Assembly: GCF_054482595.1 (NCBI RefSeq)
Contig: NZ_CM137008.1
Direction: 5' to 3' (one strand)
Length of the DNA: 64,000 nt
The translations under genes and the position numbers were made by a program. Below the pieces are notes generated by a model that saw only the letters and a list, made by a program, of their open reading frames with translations, did no database searches and was not told where the DNA came from. Below, one piece after another: positions 45,462 through 55,477 of the stretch (position 1 is its first letter; each line of letters starts with the position of its first letter).

Positions 45462-45480
45462 GGCGTGGCGGGGAGAGCAT
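45462..45480. other. cos-like site (P2/P4 cohesive-end-like 19-mer)
   Basis: GGCGTGGCGGGGAGAGCAT matches the recalled P2/P4 cos GGCGAGGCGGGGAAAGCAC at 16 of 19 positions. Confidence 0.45.
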
Positions 45481-45690
45481 TGCGCGCGGAGTGGGTGTTT
45501 TATTTTTTGTATGTCACATAAACTTAAGGTATGCAGTACGTAGCTAGTTTCACTAATACTGGGACGAAAAGAATGGTGCGTTTGTAAAAATGTATTTTAA
45601 TTTTTGGATTGTGATACAGAGTAAATTTCATTTAATTTTGTATTTTAATTGCGGTAAGCTATAACAAACTTGAAAAGGAATTATAATCAC

Positions 45691-47352
45691 ATGAGGTATG
45701 TTGAAAATATGAAAATTCTAGTAACTGCACCTTCAAGAAAAAATCACCCAAAAAATAATGTATTGTATGATTTTATATTGCAACAAGATGATTGGAATGA
45801 TTTTAGTTTTATCACTAAGTATCATTTATACATTACAACGAAACTTACTGGTCTTGATGAAATAGAGTATGCTGGGGTTGTTAAAATTATAAAAAAAGAT
45901 CAGTCTGAAGCTGATTACTACATGGTTGAAGAAGGCGAGTTTTCATATTTGAGTGACGAGTTTTGTTCTGTGGGACAATCTCTTGATTATTATGGGAGGC
46001 TCTCTGAATTGGGGAGTGAAATTTGTGAGGGGATATTGACATCATTACGCGACATTAATATGTTTGATTATGTTTCTGAGGGTTTCAAAAATGAAAGAGC
46101 TTGGGAACGTTCTATCATGAGAGACTTAAATAATGATGATGATATTTTTATTCTTCCAAAGTTTATAATAAAAAATCAGTTCTCGGCTATACCTAGTATA
46201 GACATGAAGTTTTCATTTATGTATTCAGGAATGATTAATACTCTTTCGTTTGATTTCGATTCAATACAATATGGATATTTTGAAAGTGAAAAACTACCAT
46301 GTAGAATGTCCGTAATTGTAGGCCGGAACGGTTGTGGGAAGAGTACAACATTGGCAAGACTTTCTAGGGTTGCTTATTCTTCAACTCAGGACAGAAAAAA
46401 AGAACAGATAGCCAAAATTGGTGAAATTCTTCCAGAGGGATTAGGTTTTCCGAAAATAATCAACCTTTCATACAGTGCTTTTGATAGTTTTCAAATACCC
46501 GGGTGTACTTTTAAAGAAAAGAAACAGCTAAGGCAAGACATACTTGATGGGAAAGGTAGGTATATATATTGCGGAGTCAGGGATGTTGGTGCTGAATTGG
46601 ATTATGTATTGGCTAATGTAGATGAAAACAATATGGATATAGAGTTTATTACATTAGATAGGCAAGAGAGAACCATATTAAAACCTCTTGAAGTACTTAG
46701 TGAAGAGTTTTATGGTGTCTTGATAAAAATACATAAAGATAGTGATAAGTGGAATTTGTTTAATAAAGTGATGATGAAGTTGAGAGAAGAGGTTTCATTA
46801 TCTGAAATTATTGATGAAATCTTTAAAGATGATTTTATTCTTAAATCTAAAGAATATTTTCATAGGTTGAGTACAGGGCATAAATTTGTTTTGCATTCGA
46901 TGGCGCATATTTTGTTGTATATTGAAAAAAGATGCCTTGTTTTATTTGATGAGCCTGAAACTCATTTGCACCCGCCATTGCTTGCGGTTTTAATGAGCGC
47001 TCTGAGAATTGTTTTGAACGAAGTCGATGCTTTTGCTATTGTTGCTACTCATTCACCTGTGGTAGTACAAGAAACATTAAGTAAAAATGTTAATGTTATA
47101 ACTAGAAATGGGGAGTTTACTGATTTTCAACGACCTGAAATTGAAACTTTTGGTGAGAATATTGGAGCAATAACATCATCAGTATTTTCATTAACGACTC
47201 AAATAACTGATTATCATGATGAATTAGACAAGCTAATAATAGAATATAAAAATAATAATAATCCATTAGATGACATTGAAAAATGTTTTGATACAGGTCT
47301 TAGTACACAAGCAAGGTCTTATGTAATATCTAAATTAGCGGTAAAAGGATAA
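45691..47352 (+). CDS. ABC-type (AAA15/AAA21, OLD-family-like) ATPase with about 200-aa N-terminal domain of unknown function
   Basis: Walker A GRNGCGKST, signature-like LSTGHK, Walker B LVLFDEPETHLHP, H-loop ATHSP; SD AAGGA 11 nt upstream of ATG. Confidence 0.8.
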   Translation: MRYVENMKILVTAPSRKNHPKNNVLYDFILQQDDWNDFSFITKYHLYITTKLTGLDEIEYAGVVKIIKKDQSEADYYMVEEGEFSYLSDEFCSVGQSLDYYGRLSELGSEICEGILTSLRDINMFDYVSEGFKNERAWERSIMRDLNNDDDIFILPKFIIKNQFSAIPSIDMKFSFMYSGMINTLSFDFDSIQYGYFESEKLPCRMSVIVGRNGCGKSTTLARLSRVAYSSTQDRKKEQIAKIGEILPEGLGFPKIINLSYSAFDSFQIPGCTFKEKKQLRQDILDGKGRYIYCGVRDVGAELDYVLANVDENNMDIEFITLDRQERTILKPLEVLSEEFYGVLIKIHKDSDKWNLFNKVMMKLREEVSLSEIIDEIFKDDFILKSKEYFHRLSTGHKFVLHSMAHILLYIEKRCLVLFDEPETHLHPPLLAVLMSALRIVLNEVDAFAIVATHSPVVVQETLSKNVNVITRNGEFTDFQRPEIETFGENIGAITSSVFSLTTQITDYHDELDKLIIEYKNNNNPLDDIEKCFDTGLSTQARSYVISKLAVKG

Positions 47353-47357
47353 TACAT

Positions 47358-48203
47358 ATGTGGACACTACCTTTACCAGATGATGCGGATAGAATGAGCG
47401 AGTTATTAACCGCTTTAACGTATAAAAATGGAAATCCTAAGTATGCTTTAACACAAGATGAAAAGGATAAAATTGAAACTATTTATACTTTATATCACGA
47501 TCGTAAAGCAACTCCCTGTGCTGAATTTTTAGCAGAGGAAATAAGTGATGAAACCCAAAATGCTATAAAAACAGCTTATTCAGAAGTGCAAATAAATGGA
47601 CGGCTTTCAACCCTTCGCTCAAGGATTTTATTAAGTTCTAAAAAATGCCCATTATGTGGGATCGAATCATCAACCGACCTAGATCATTATCTTCCCGAAT
47701 CAATATATAAATGTCTCGCAGTATATTCAAGAAACCTGATACCGACCTGTCATAAGTGCAATAATAAAAAAAGAGCTGGTGTAGCAGAAAATGGAGTTGG
47801 ATTTATTCATGTGTATTATTTTGATGAGCCCGATGGTGTATTTTTCGTTGCCAATACTGAAATGATAGATGGTGCTTTAGTAATTGATTTTAATATCAAT
47901 ATGATCGAGGGTATGACTCGAGAGGTATATGATTCATTATGCTTTCAAAATAGAGTTGTTAACCTAAATGAAAGGTTAAAGATGGAAGCGAATGATTTTT
48001 TAGGGGGGCTCTATACTTCACTTGAAGAAACATATAATTCTGCAGGCCAAGAAGGATTAAGATTATTTCTAAAAAGAACTAGGGATGACTATACCAGACG
48101 TTATGGGCTTAATCATTGGAGAAGAGCATTGATAGATAGTCTATCCGATAATGTGGAGTTCCTTGACGCTGGTTTTATTACTGCCTTAGGAACTCCAGAG
48201 TGA
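47358..48203 (+). CDS. HNH endonuclease-domain protein (281 aa)
   Basis: CPLCG...DLDHYLPESIY...NLIPTCHKCNNKK HNH/zinc-finger motif; start 5 nt after the ATPase stop. Confidence 0.8.
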   Translation: MWTLPLPDDADRMSELLTALTYKNGNPKYALTQDEKDKIETIYTLYHDRKATPCAEFLAEEISDETQNAIKTAYSEVQINGRLSTLRSRILLSSKKCPLCGIESSTDLDHYLPESIYKCLAVYSRNLIPTCHKCNNKKRAGVAENGVGFIHVYYFDEPDGVFFVANTEMIDGALVIDFNINMIEGMTREVYDSLCFQNRVVNLNERLKMEANDFLGGLYTSLEETYNSAGQEGLRLFLKRTRDDYTRRYGLNHWRRALIDSLSDNVEFLDAGFITALGTPE

Positions 48204-48205
48204 GT

Positions 48206-49399
48206 TTACTGGTGGGGATGAATATGTCGTCCCCACCAATTCATCAATTCAATTCTTGCGTGTAAATATGTTGAGCGATTGTAGGCTTTTCGTACTTCAT
48301 TTCTATCTGAATGAGCAAGAGCAGCCTCAATTACATCAGCATTAAAACCGGCTTCATTCATTGCCGTACTTGCAATCGAACGTAAACCATGTGCAACCAA
48401 TTTCCCACCATAACCTATTCGCTTAAGTGCAGCATTGGCAGTTTGGCTATTCATAGGTTGTTTTGGATTATTTCTGCTGGGAAAAACATGTTCTCGATGT
48501 GCACTAATAGGTTTCATCACATCCAGAATTTCTAATGCTTGTGGTGATAAAGGAACAATGTGTTCACGCTTAGCCTTCATTCGTTCGGCGGGAATCGTCC
48601 AGAGTTTGGCATTGAGATCGATCTCTACCCACCGAGCACCAGAAGCCTCAGAAGGGCGCACTAGGGTCAGAAGCTGCCATTCAATAAGACAGCGAGTCGG
48701 AACAGACAGATTCGACATGACCAGGGAACGCATAAGCTTAGGTAATTCTTCTGGCCGTAGCGTGGGCATATTTTGCTTTTTGGGTTTCTCAAAAGCCATT
48801 CCTACACCCGAAGCCGGGTTGGCATCTATCAGACCGGTATTAACCGCATAAATCATTATTTCGTTAATACGCTGAACTAGGCGACGAACCGTCTCTAATG
48901 CGCCACGTGCTTTGATTGGCTCCAATGCTTCAACAATCGTTCTGGCCTTTATATCCTGAACGGGCATCGCACCGATTGCCGGGAACACGTCTTTATCCAA
49001 AGAACGCCAAATATCCTTTGCATAATCCTCTGTGACACTTCTGCTTTTAATCTGGAACCAGTTAGCGGCCACAGTTGAGAAAATGCTGTCTAACTCAATC
49101 TGGCGTTGTGCTGACGCTTGCTCCTGTTGCTGTTGTGGATCCATGCCTTGCGCGAGCGTGGTTAAGTGCTGGTCGCGTATCTGACGAGCTGCTGCGAGTG
49201 TAAGGGCAGGGTATGAGCCGAGACTCAAATTTGTGCGGCTGCTGCTTCCCGGTCGTTGATAACGGAAGCGTCAGAGTTTTTTACCGGAGGTTTTGACGAG
49301 TAAGAACAGGCCATCACCATCATGCAGGGTGAAGTCTTTTTCGCGGGGTTTCGCTTTGAGGATTTCGTTGTTAGTGAGGGGGCGTGTAATGCGCGCCAT
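48206..49399 (-). pseudogene. intA: P4-type tyrosine integrase with in-frame TGA at codon 43
   Basis: N-terminus MARITRPLTNNEILKAKPREKDFTLHDGDGLFLLVKTSGKKL then TGA then RFRYQRPGSSSRTNLSLGSYPALT... in the same frame; stop sits where related integrases have Trp (TGG). Confidence 0.75.
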
Positions 49400-49449
49400 G
49401 TCTGGATCCCTTCCATAATTGGTACACGTTTAATGGACCACAGTATAGC

Positions 49450-49477
49450 GTGTACCTAAACGTGTACCAATTTTCTC
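49450..49477 (+). repeat. 28-bp direct repeat (int-proximal copy)
   Basis: GTGTACCTAAACGTGTACCAATTTTCTC identical to 42613-42640. Confidence 0.8.
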
Positions 49478-49514
49478 TGGATTTAGCCGGATGTTCTCGG
49501 ACAACGACAGACAC

Positions 49515-49548
49515 AAAAAAGCCCGCAGGGCTTGTGCCGTGCGGGCTT
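49515..49548 (-). terminator. intrinsic terminator downstream of ssrA
   Basis: minus-strand hairpin GCCCGCACGGCACAAGCCCTGCGGGC followed by TTTTTT. Confidence 0.7.
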
Positions 49549-49582
49549 TCTGTACTTCACCGGACGTATCCGGATCATCATT

Positions 49583-49945
49583 TGGTGGAGCTGGCGGGAG
49601 TTGAACCCGCGTCCGAAATTCCTACGTCCTCGGTACTACATGCTTAGTCAGTCTTTACATTCGCTTGCCAGCTGCGGACGGACACGCCACTAACAAACTA
49701 GCCTGATTAAGTTTTAACGCTTCAACCCCAGGCAGGGCCTCCACGCGATCTCTTTTGGGTTTGACCTCTCTTGATCCCCGTCCTAAGAGCGGAGGCTAGG
49801 GAGAGAGGGCTCTAAGCAGGTTATTAAGCTGCTAAAGCGTAGTTTTCGTCGTTTGCGACTATTTTTTGCGGCTTTTTACGAGGCCAACCGCCCCTCGGCA
49901 TGCACCTTGGGTTTCGCAAATCCCGTCGAATCCAGAATCAGCCCC
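49583..49945 (-). ncRNA. ssrA: tmRNA (SsrA), 363 nt
   Basis: reverse complement begins GGGGCTGATTCTGGATTCGACGGG and ends ...GCGGGTTCAACTCCCGCCAGCTCCACCA. Confidence 0.97.
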
Positions 49946-50159
49946 AATGTGTAAAGGTAAGTATACCAGATTTATGAGCGCCATGACCAGCCTCAATGGC
50001 GTTATCGTTAAAGATTTAGCGACCATGTAGCCTGATTTTTATTCGATTTAGCAATGGGATGGCAACATTTTCGTCGGATGTGATAGCCAATAAGATGTTC
50101 ATTCGCGCCGCCGGAGAGGGAGGCGCGGTGAGGAACTGGTCAATAATTGGAGTGCAGGT

Positions 50160-50642
50160 TTAACGGTGAGCGTTTTTCATGATACGCGCTTTATCCACCT
50201 GCCATTCGCGTTCTTTGATATCTGAACGTTTATCGTGCTGTTTCTTACCTTTGGCGACGCCGATTTTCACTTTGCACCAGGCATTTTTCCAGTACAGGGA
50301 GAGCGCCACTACGGTATAGCCTTCTCGATTGACGCGACCGTACAATGAGTCCAGTTCGCGCTGGTTGAGAAGTAACTTGCGGGTACGGGTAGGATCGCAC
50401 ACCACATGCGTGGAGGCCACGGCCATTGGCGTGATGTTAGCGCCAAACAGAAATGCCTCTCCGTCACGCAGAAGGACGTAGCTGTCGCTGATATTGGCTT
50501 TTCCTGCGCGCAGGGATTTAACCTCCCAGCCTTGCAGGGCAAGTCCCGCTTCGAACTCTTCTTCGATAAAGTATTCGTGACGGGCGCGCTTGTTAAGCGC
50601 GATGGTCGCTGAACCAGGTTTATGTGCTTTTTTCTTCGTCAT
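50160..50642 (-). CDS. smpB: SsrA-binding protein SmpB
   Basis: 160-aa ORF adjacent to ssrA. Confidence 0.95.
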
Positions 50643-50812
50643 AAGCGTCGTGAATCATCGGTAATCTGAAATCGAAAACACCCCATATCAATCCTGCGGG
50701 GGACAAGGCTCTATCTTAGCATGAACCCGATGTTACCCAGCGCCGGGATAGCGTTTTTTTTACAGCAGGATAAATGATATTATTTGTTGGATTTTTGTTG
50801 ATGGAAATTGTT

Positions 50813-51250
50813 ATGCCTCAGATTAGCCGGACCGCACTGGTACCCTACAGCGCGGAGCAAATGTATCAGTTAGTGAATGACGTTCAGTCTTATCCTCAGT
50901 TTTTGCCGGGTTGTACCGGAAGTCGGATTCTGGAGTCCACTCCTGGGCAGATGACTGCGGCGGTAGATGTCTCTAAGGCTGGGATCAGCAAAACGTTTAC
51001 TACCCGCAACCAGTTGACCAGTAACCAAAGTATTCTTATGAATCTGGTGGATGGGCCGTTCAAGAAATTGATTGGTGGATGGAAGTTTACGCCGCTGAGC
51101 CAGGAGGCGTGTCGTATCGAGTTTCATCTCGACTTTGAGTTTACCAATAAGTTGATTGAACTCGCTTTTGGTCGCGTGTTTAAAGAGCTGGCGTCTAATA
51201 TGGTCCAGGCTTTTACGGTTCGTGCGAAAGAGGTTTACAGTGCCAGGTAA
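50813..51250 (+). CDS. ratA: ribosome association toxin RatA (SRPBCC/polyketide cyclase-like)
   Basis: 145-aa [33 protein letters not shown]. Confidence 0.88.
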   Translation: MPQISRTALVPYSAEQMYQLVNDVQSYPQFLPGCTGSRILESTPGQMTAAVDVSKAGISKTFTTRNQLTSNQSILMNLVDGPFKKLIGGWKFTPLSQEACRIEFHLDFEFTNKLIELAFGRVFKELASNMVQAFTVRAKEVYSAR

Positions 51251-51530
51251 AATTGCCGTTGAGGTGGCTTATGCGCTACCTGAGAAGCAGTACCTGCAGC
51301 GCGTGACGCTGCAGGAGGGCGCGACGGTTGAAGAAGCTATTCGCGCCAGTGGCTTGCTGGAGTTGCGTACCGATATCGATTTAACTAAAAACAAAGTCGG
51401 CATTTACAGCCGTCCGGCAAAACTAAGCGATAGTGTGCATGATGGCGATCGGGTGGAGATTTATCGCCCTCTCATTGCCGATCCGAAAGAGCTTCGCAGG
51501 CAACGAGCAGAAAAATCAGCGAATAAATAA
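51240..51530 (+). CDS. ratB: RatB/YfjF (GTG start, overlaps ratA stop)
   Basis: 96-aa [25 protein letters not shown]... Confidence 0.8.
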
Positions 51531-51537
51531 CAGACAG

Positions 51538-51566
51538 AAAAAAGGTGCTCATTGAGCACCTTTTTT
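51538..51566. terminator. bidirectional intrinsic terminator between ratB and bamE
   Basis: GGTGCTCATTGAGCACC hairpin flanked by an A-run and a T-run. Confidence 0.7.
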
Positions 51567-51591
51567 AACGTCTTTGAGAGCAACTTTATTA

Positions 51592-51933
51592 TTAGTTACC
51601 ACTCAGCGCAGGTTTGTTATCAATATTGGTCAACACACCGCTACTGTTAAAGGTTAGCGTCAGCGTTTGCTGCGTTACACCTTCATGACCTGGTTGCTGG
51701 CGGAAGACATAGAACCAGGTATTCGTACCAAATGGATCGGACATCAGCGGTGTACCCAATGCGTACGCAACTTGTTGTTGCGTCATGCCAACACGTATTT
51801 TGGATACGTCGTTAGCGGTCAGATAGTTCCCCTGGTTGATGTCAGGACGGTAAACCACTCGCTCCAGAGTGGAACAGCCTGCGGTCAACATCAATAGTAC
51901 TGCTGCTGCAGCAGTCAGCGTTTTACAGCGCAT
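51592..51933 (-). CDS. bamE: outer membrane protein assembly factor BamE
   Basis: 113-aa lipoprotein ORF with lipobox LTAGCS. Confidence 0.93.
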
Positions 51934-52081
51934 AGTGATTTGATTCCTTTTCGGGCCCGAGCAGTACGTGGCTCATCTGTAATATGCCGATGATAATAGA
52001 CCTTTCATCACTTTAAAACCTTTTGCTTTCCGGTCTTACGGCGTTTTGCTGTTTACTCTGACCGTGAAGCAGGAAAAAAGT

Positions 52082-53743
52082 TTACGCCGCAAGCAGTTCT
52101 TTCGCATTCGCCAGTGTGTTACGTGTGACTTCACTGCCACCAAGCAGGCGCGCCAGCTCTTGTAACCGCGCTTTTTTATCCAGAGATTGCATATGCGTTT
52201 CTGTCATCGCACCATCGGTTTCTTTGCTGACAAAATAGTGTTGATGACCACATCCCGCGACTTGTGGCAGGTGGGTAACACACATCACCTGAGTTGATTC
52301 GCCGAGTTGACGCAGCAGTTTGCCGACAACTGCCGCTGTTGGACCGCTAATCCCTACATCCACTTCATCAAAAATCAGTGCCGGGGTTTCCATTTTACGC
52401 GCCGTGATGACCTGGATTGCCAGTGCGATGCGGGACAATTCACCACCGGATGCGACTTTGGCAATAGGCTGCATTGGCTGACCTGGGTTGGTGGTTACCC
52501 GAAACTCAATACGATCGGCACCGTCAGCGCCCAGGTGATGCTCGTCAAATTTAACATCAATCGTAAACTGCCCATGCGGCATTGAGAGCGCATGCATACT
52601 GTCGGTGATCAGCTGTGCAAGTTCTTCTGCATAATGCTGGCGTTGCTGGTGTAATGCGCGCGCCGTTTCCAGTGCCTGCTGATGATGTTTCGTTACCGCC
52701 AGCGCGAGCGTTTCTTGTGAGTCGGCCTGATCGTCCAGTTGCTGCTGTTCTTCCAGTAGCGACTGGTAATACTGTGGTAATGCCTCAGGGCTGACGTGAT
52801 GTTTACGTGCCAGCGAAATCTGTTTTGAGATGCGCTGTTCAAGTTCAAACAGTCGGTTGGGATCGAGATCCAGACGATCGCAGTAGTGGCGCAGTTCGTC
52901 GCTGGCTTCAGCGATCTGGATGGTAGCTTCTTCCAGCATATCAAGTACGCCGGACAGTTTGCTGTCCATGCCAATCAATTCGCTCACCAGTTGTTTAGCC
53001 GTGTAAAGCTGACTTTGCAGGTTTGCGTCTTCACCGTCGGCCATTAATGCCAATGCATTCTGGCTGGTGGTCAGCAATTGACCGCTGTTCGCCAGACGTT
53101 TGTACTCTTCGTCGATTTGCTCAAACTCTCCGGGCTGCGGATTAAATTCGTTAAGTTCTTTTAATTGGTATTGCAGCAGTTCCGCACGGGCGGCGCGTTC
53201 CTGACTTAACTGTTGATGATGCGCGAGGTCACGGCAGCTTTGATGCCACAACTGATAACGTGCGGTCATTTCCTGGAGTAGAGAGGTTTCATTGGCATAG
53301 CCATCAAGCAGGAACTTTTGGTGCTCGGGTTTGGTGAGTAACTGATGAGCGTGCTGACCATGGATCTGAATCAGCAACTGACCCAGTTCGCGCAGTTGTG
53401 ACAGAGGAACAGCTGTACCGTTGATGAAACCACGGGAGCGACCATCGCTGCTGATCACGCGACGAAGCAAACATTCATGCCCGTCTTCAAGCTGGTTTTC
53501 TTCCAGCCAGCGCAGGGCCGCTGGCGTATCTTTCAGAGAAAAACGGGCGCACAGGTCAGCGCGAGCAGCGCCGGTACGCACCATGTCGGCTTCAGCGCGA
53601 CCACCGAGACAAAGACCGAGGGCATCTATTGCAATAGATTTACCCGCGCCGGTCTCGCCAGTTATTACGGTCATGCCGCTATGAAAATCAATCTCAAGCT
53701 CACGAACGATAGCAAAGTTGCTGATGGTCAGTTGTGCCAACAT
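52082..53743 (-). CDS. recN: DNA repair protein RecN
   Basis: 553-aa SMC-like ORF with Walker A GETGAGKS. Confidence 0.95.
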   Translation of the reverse strand: MLAQLTISNFAIVRELEIDFHSGMTVITGETGAGKSIAIDALGLCLGGRAEADMVRTGAARADLCARFSLKDTPAALRWLEENQLEDGHECLLRRVISSDGRSRGFINGTAVPLSQLRELGQLLIQIHGQHAHQLLTKPEHQKFLLDGYANETSLLQEMTARYQLWHQSCRDLAHHQQLSQERAARAELLQYQLKELNEFNPQPGEFEQIDEEYKRLANSGQLLTTSQNALALMADGEDANLQSQLYTAKQLVSELIGMDSKLSGVLDMLEEATIQIAEASDELRHYCDRLDLDPNRLFELEQRISKQISLARKHHVSPEALPQYYQSLLEEQQQLDDQADSQETLALAVTKHHQQALETARALHQQRQHYAEELAQLITDSMHALSMPHGQFTIDVKFDEHHLGADGADRIEFRVTTNPGQPMQPIAKVASGGELSRIALAIQVITARKMETPALIFDEVDVGISGPTAAVVGKLLRQLGESTQVMCVTHLPQVAGCGHQHYFVSKETDGAMTETHMQSLDKKARLQELARLLGGSEVTRNTLANAKELLAA

Positions 53744-53828
53744 AGTCGTTTTCCTGTATGAAAAACCATTACTGTTATTGTGTACAGTATAAACTGGTTT
53801 TATATACAGTAAAGAGGCTGGCGTAAAA

Positions 53829-54707
53829 TTAGAATAATTTTTTTGACCAGCCGAGCTTGGTGCTTAATATATTGAAATAACTGTAATCTTTCGGATGAAT
53901 CAGATTCAGATGGTAATCACAGCGACGAATCAGGACATCTTCACCTTCCTGAATCGGCAGTGCTATCTGGCTGTCGCAACTGATTTCCAGGTCGTTACGG
54001 CGATGCGAAAAACGCAGACGGATCGTGCTGCTGCTGTTTATGACCAGTGGTCGTGCTGACAACGTATGCGGGAACATGGGCACCAGGGTAATCGCATCCA
54101 GAGAGGGGGTCAGAATAGGACCGCCCGCAGAGAGGGAATAGGCGGTGGAGCCTGTTGGCGTCGAAATAATTAGCCCATCAGATCGCTGAGAAAACGCAAA
54201 GATCTCGTCGATATACACTTCGAACTCTATCATATGCGCCACTTTGCCTGGATGAAGTACCACTTCATTTATCGCGGTGCTGATGCGTTTCTGGCAATCT
54301 TGCTGACAGACTTGCGCTTCCAGCAAAAAACGTTTCTCGCTGATGTAGTGACCTTCCAGCACATCGGCTAATTGTTGCTGGGCGTTATCGGGGTCAAGGT
54401 CAGTCAGGAAACCCAGGTTGCCACGGTTGATTCCAATAACTTTAATATCGTAACGGGCGAGCGTGCGCGCCGCGCCCAGCATATTACCGTCGCCACCAAC
54501 GACTACCGCGAGATCAGCCAGTTGCCCAATCTCCGCGAGCGTGCCAGTTTTCACATTCTTCAGTTGCAATTCGTGAGCGATTTGTTGCTCAACGATGACC
54601 TCGTAACCTTTTGTGCACAGCCAGCGGTAGAGCATTTCATGTGTTGTCAGTGCAGTAGGGTGCCGTGGGTGTCCCACAATGCCAATACACTTGAAATGAT
54701 TATTCAT
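53829..54707 (-). CDS. nadK: NAD kinase
   Basis: 292-aa ORF with GGDGN motif. Confidence 0.95.
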   Translation of the reverse strand: MNNHFKCIGIVGHPRHPTALTTHEMLYRWLCTKGYEVIVEQQIAHELQLKNVKTGTLAEIGQLADLAVVVGGDGNMLGAARTLARYDIKVIGINRGNLGFLTDLDPDNAQQQLADVLEGHYISEKRFLLEAQVCQQDCQKRISTAINEVVLHPGKVAHMIEFEVYIDEIFAFSQRSDGLIISTPTGSTAYSLSAGGPILTPSLDAITLVPMFPHTLSARPLVINSSSTIRLRFSHRRNDLEISCDSQIALPIQEGEDVLIRRCDYHLNLIHPKDYSYFNILSTKLGWSKKLF

Positions 54708-54796
54708 TTTTCCGAGGTCCTTGTTGCGAAGATTGATGACAATGTGAGTGCTTCCCTTGAAACCCTGAAACTGATCCCCATAATAAGCGAAGTTAG

Positions 54797-55423
<627 letters not shown>

Positions 55424-55446
55424 TTTCTGTTTTCGTAATAATTCAC

Positions 55447-55476
55447 GGCCCTGCATGCGAATGCAGGGCCGTTTTC
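55447..55476 (+). terminator. intrinsic terminator after grpE
   Basis: GGCCCTGCATGCGAATGCAGGGCC hairpin followed by TTTT. Confidence 0.7.
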
Positions 55477-55477
55477 G

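Larger units (their letters stand above)
42540..49582. mobile_element. decayed P4-like satellite remnant integrated at the ssrA 3' end
   Basis: P4-type integrase next to the tmRNA 3' end, psu-like gene, cos-like site, TGTTCACC iterons, alpha C-terminal remnant, 28-bp direct repeats near both ends. Confidence 0.65.

Noticed and set aside
45290-45690. Possible retron ncRNA/reverse transcriptase upstream of the ATPase-HNH pair (retron-Septu arrangement)
   Set aside because: No reverse-transcriptase ORF is present in or next to the cassette; the intergenic region holds a terminator and the cos-like site instead.
49225-49416. 63-aa minus-strand ORF upstream of the 340-aa integrase ORF
   Set aside because: It is an out-of-frame read overlapping the real integrase N-terminus; the integrase frame is continuous apart from one TGA codon.
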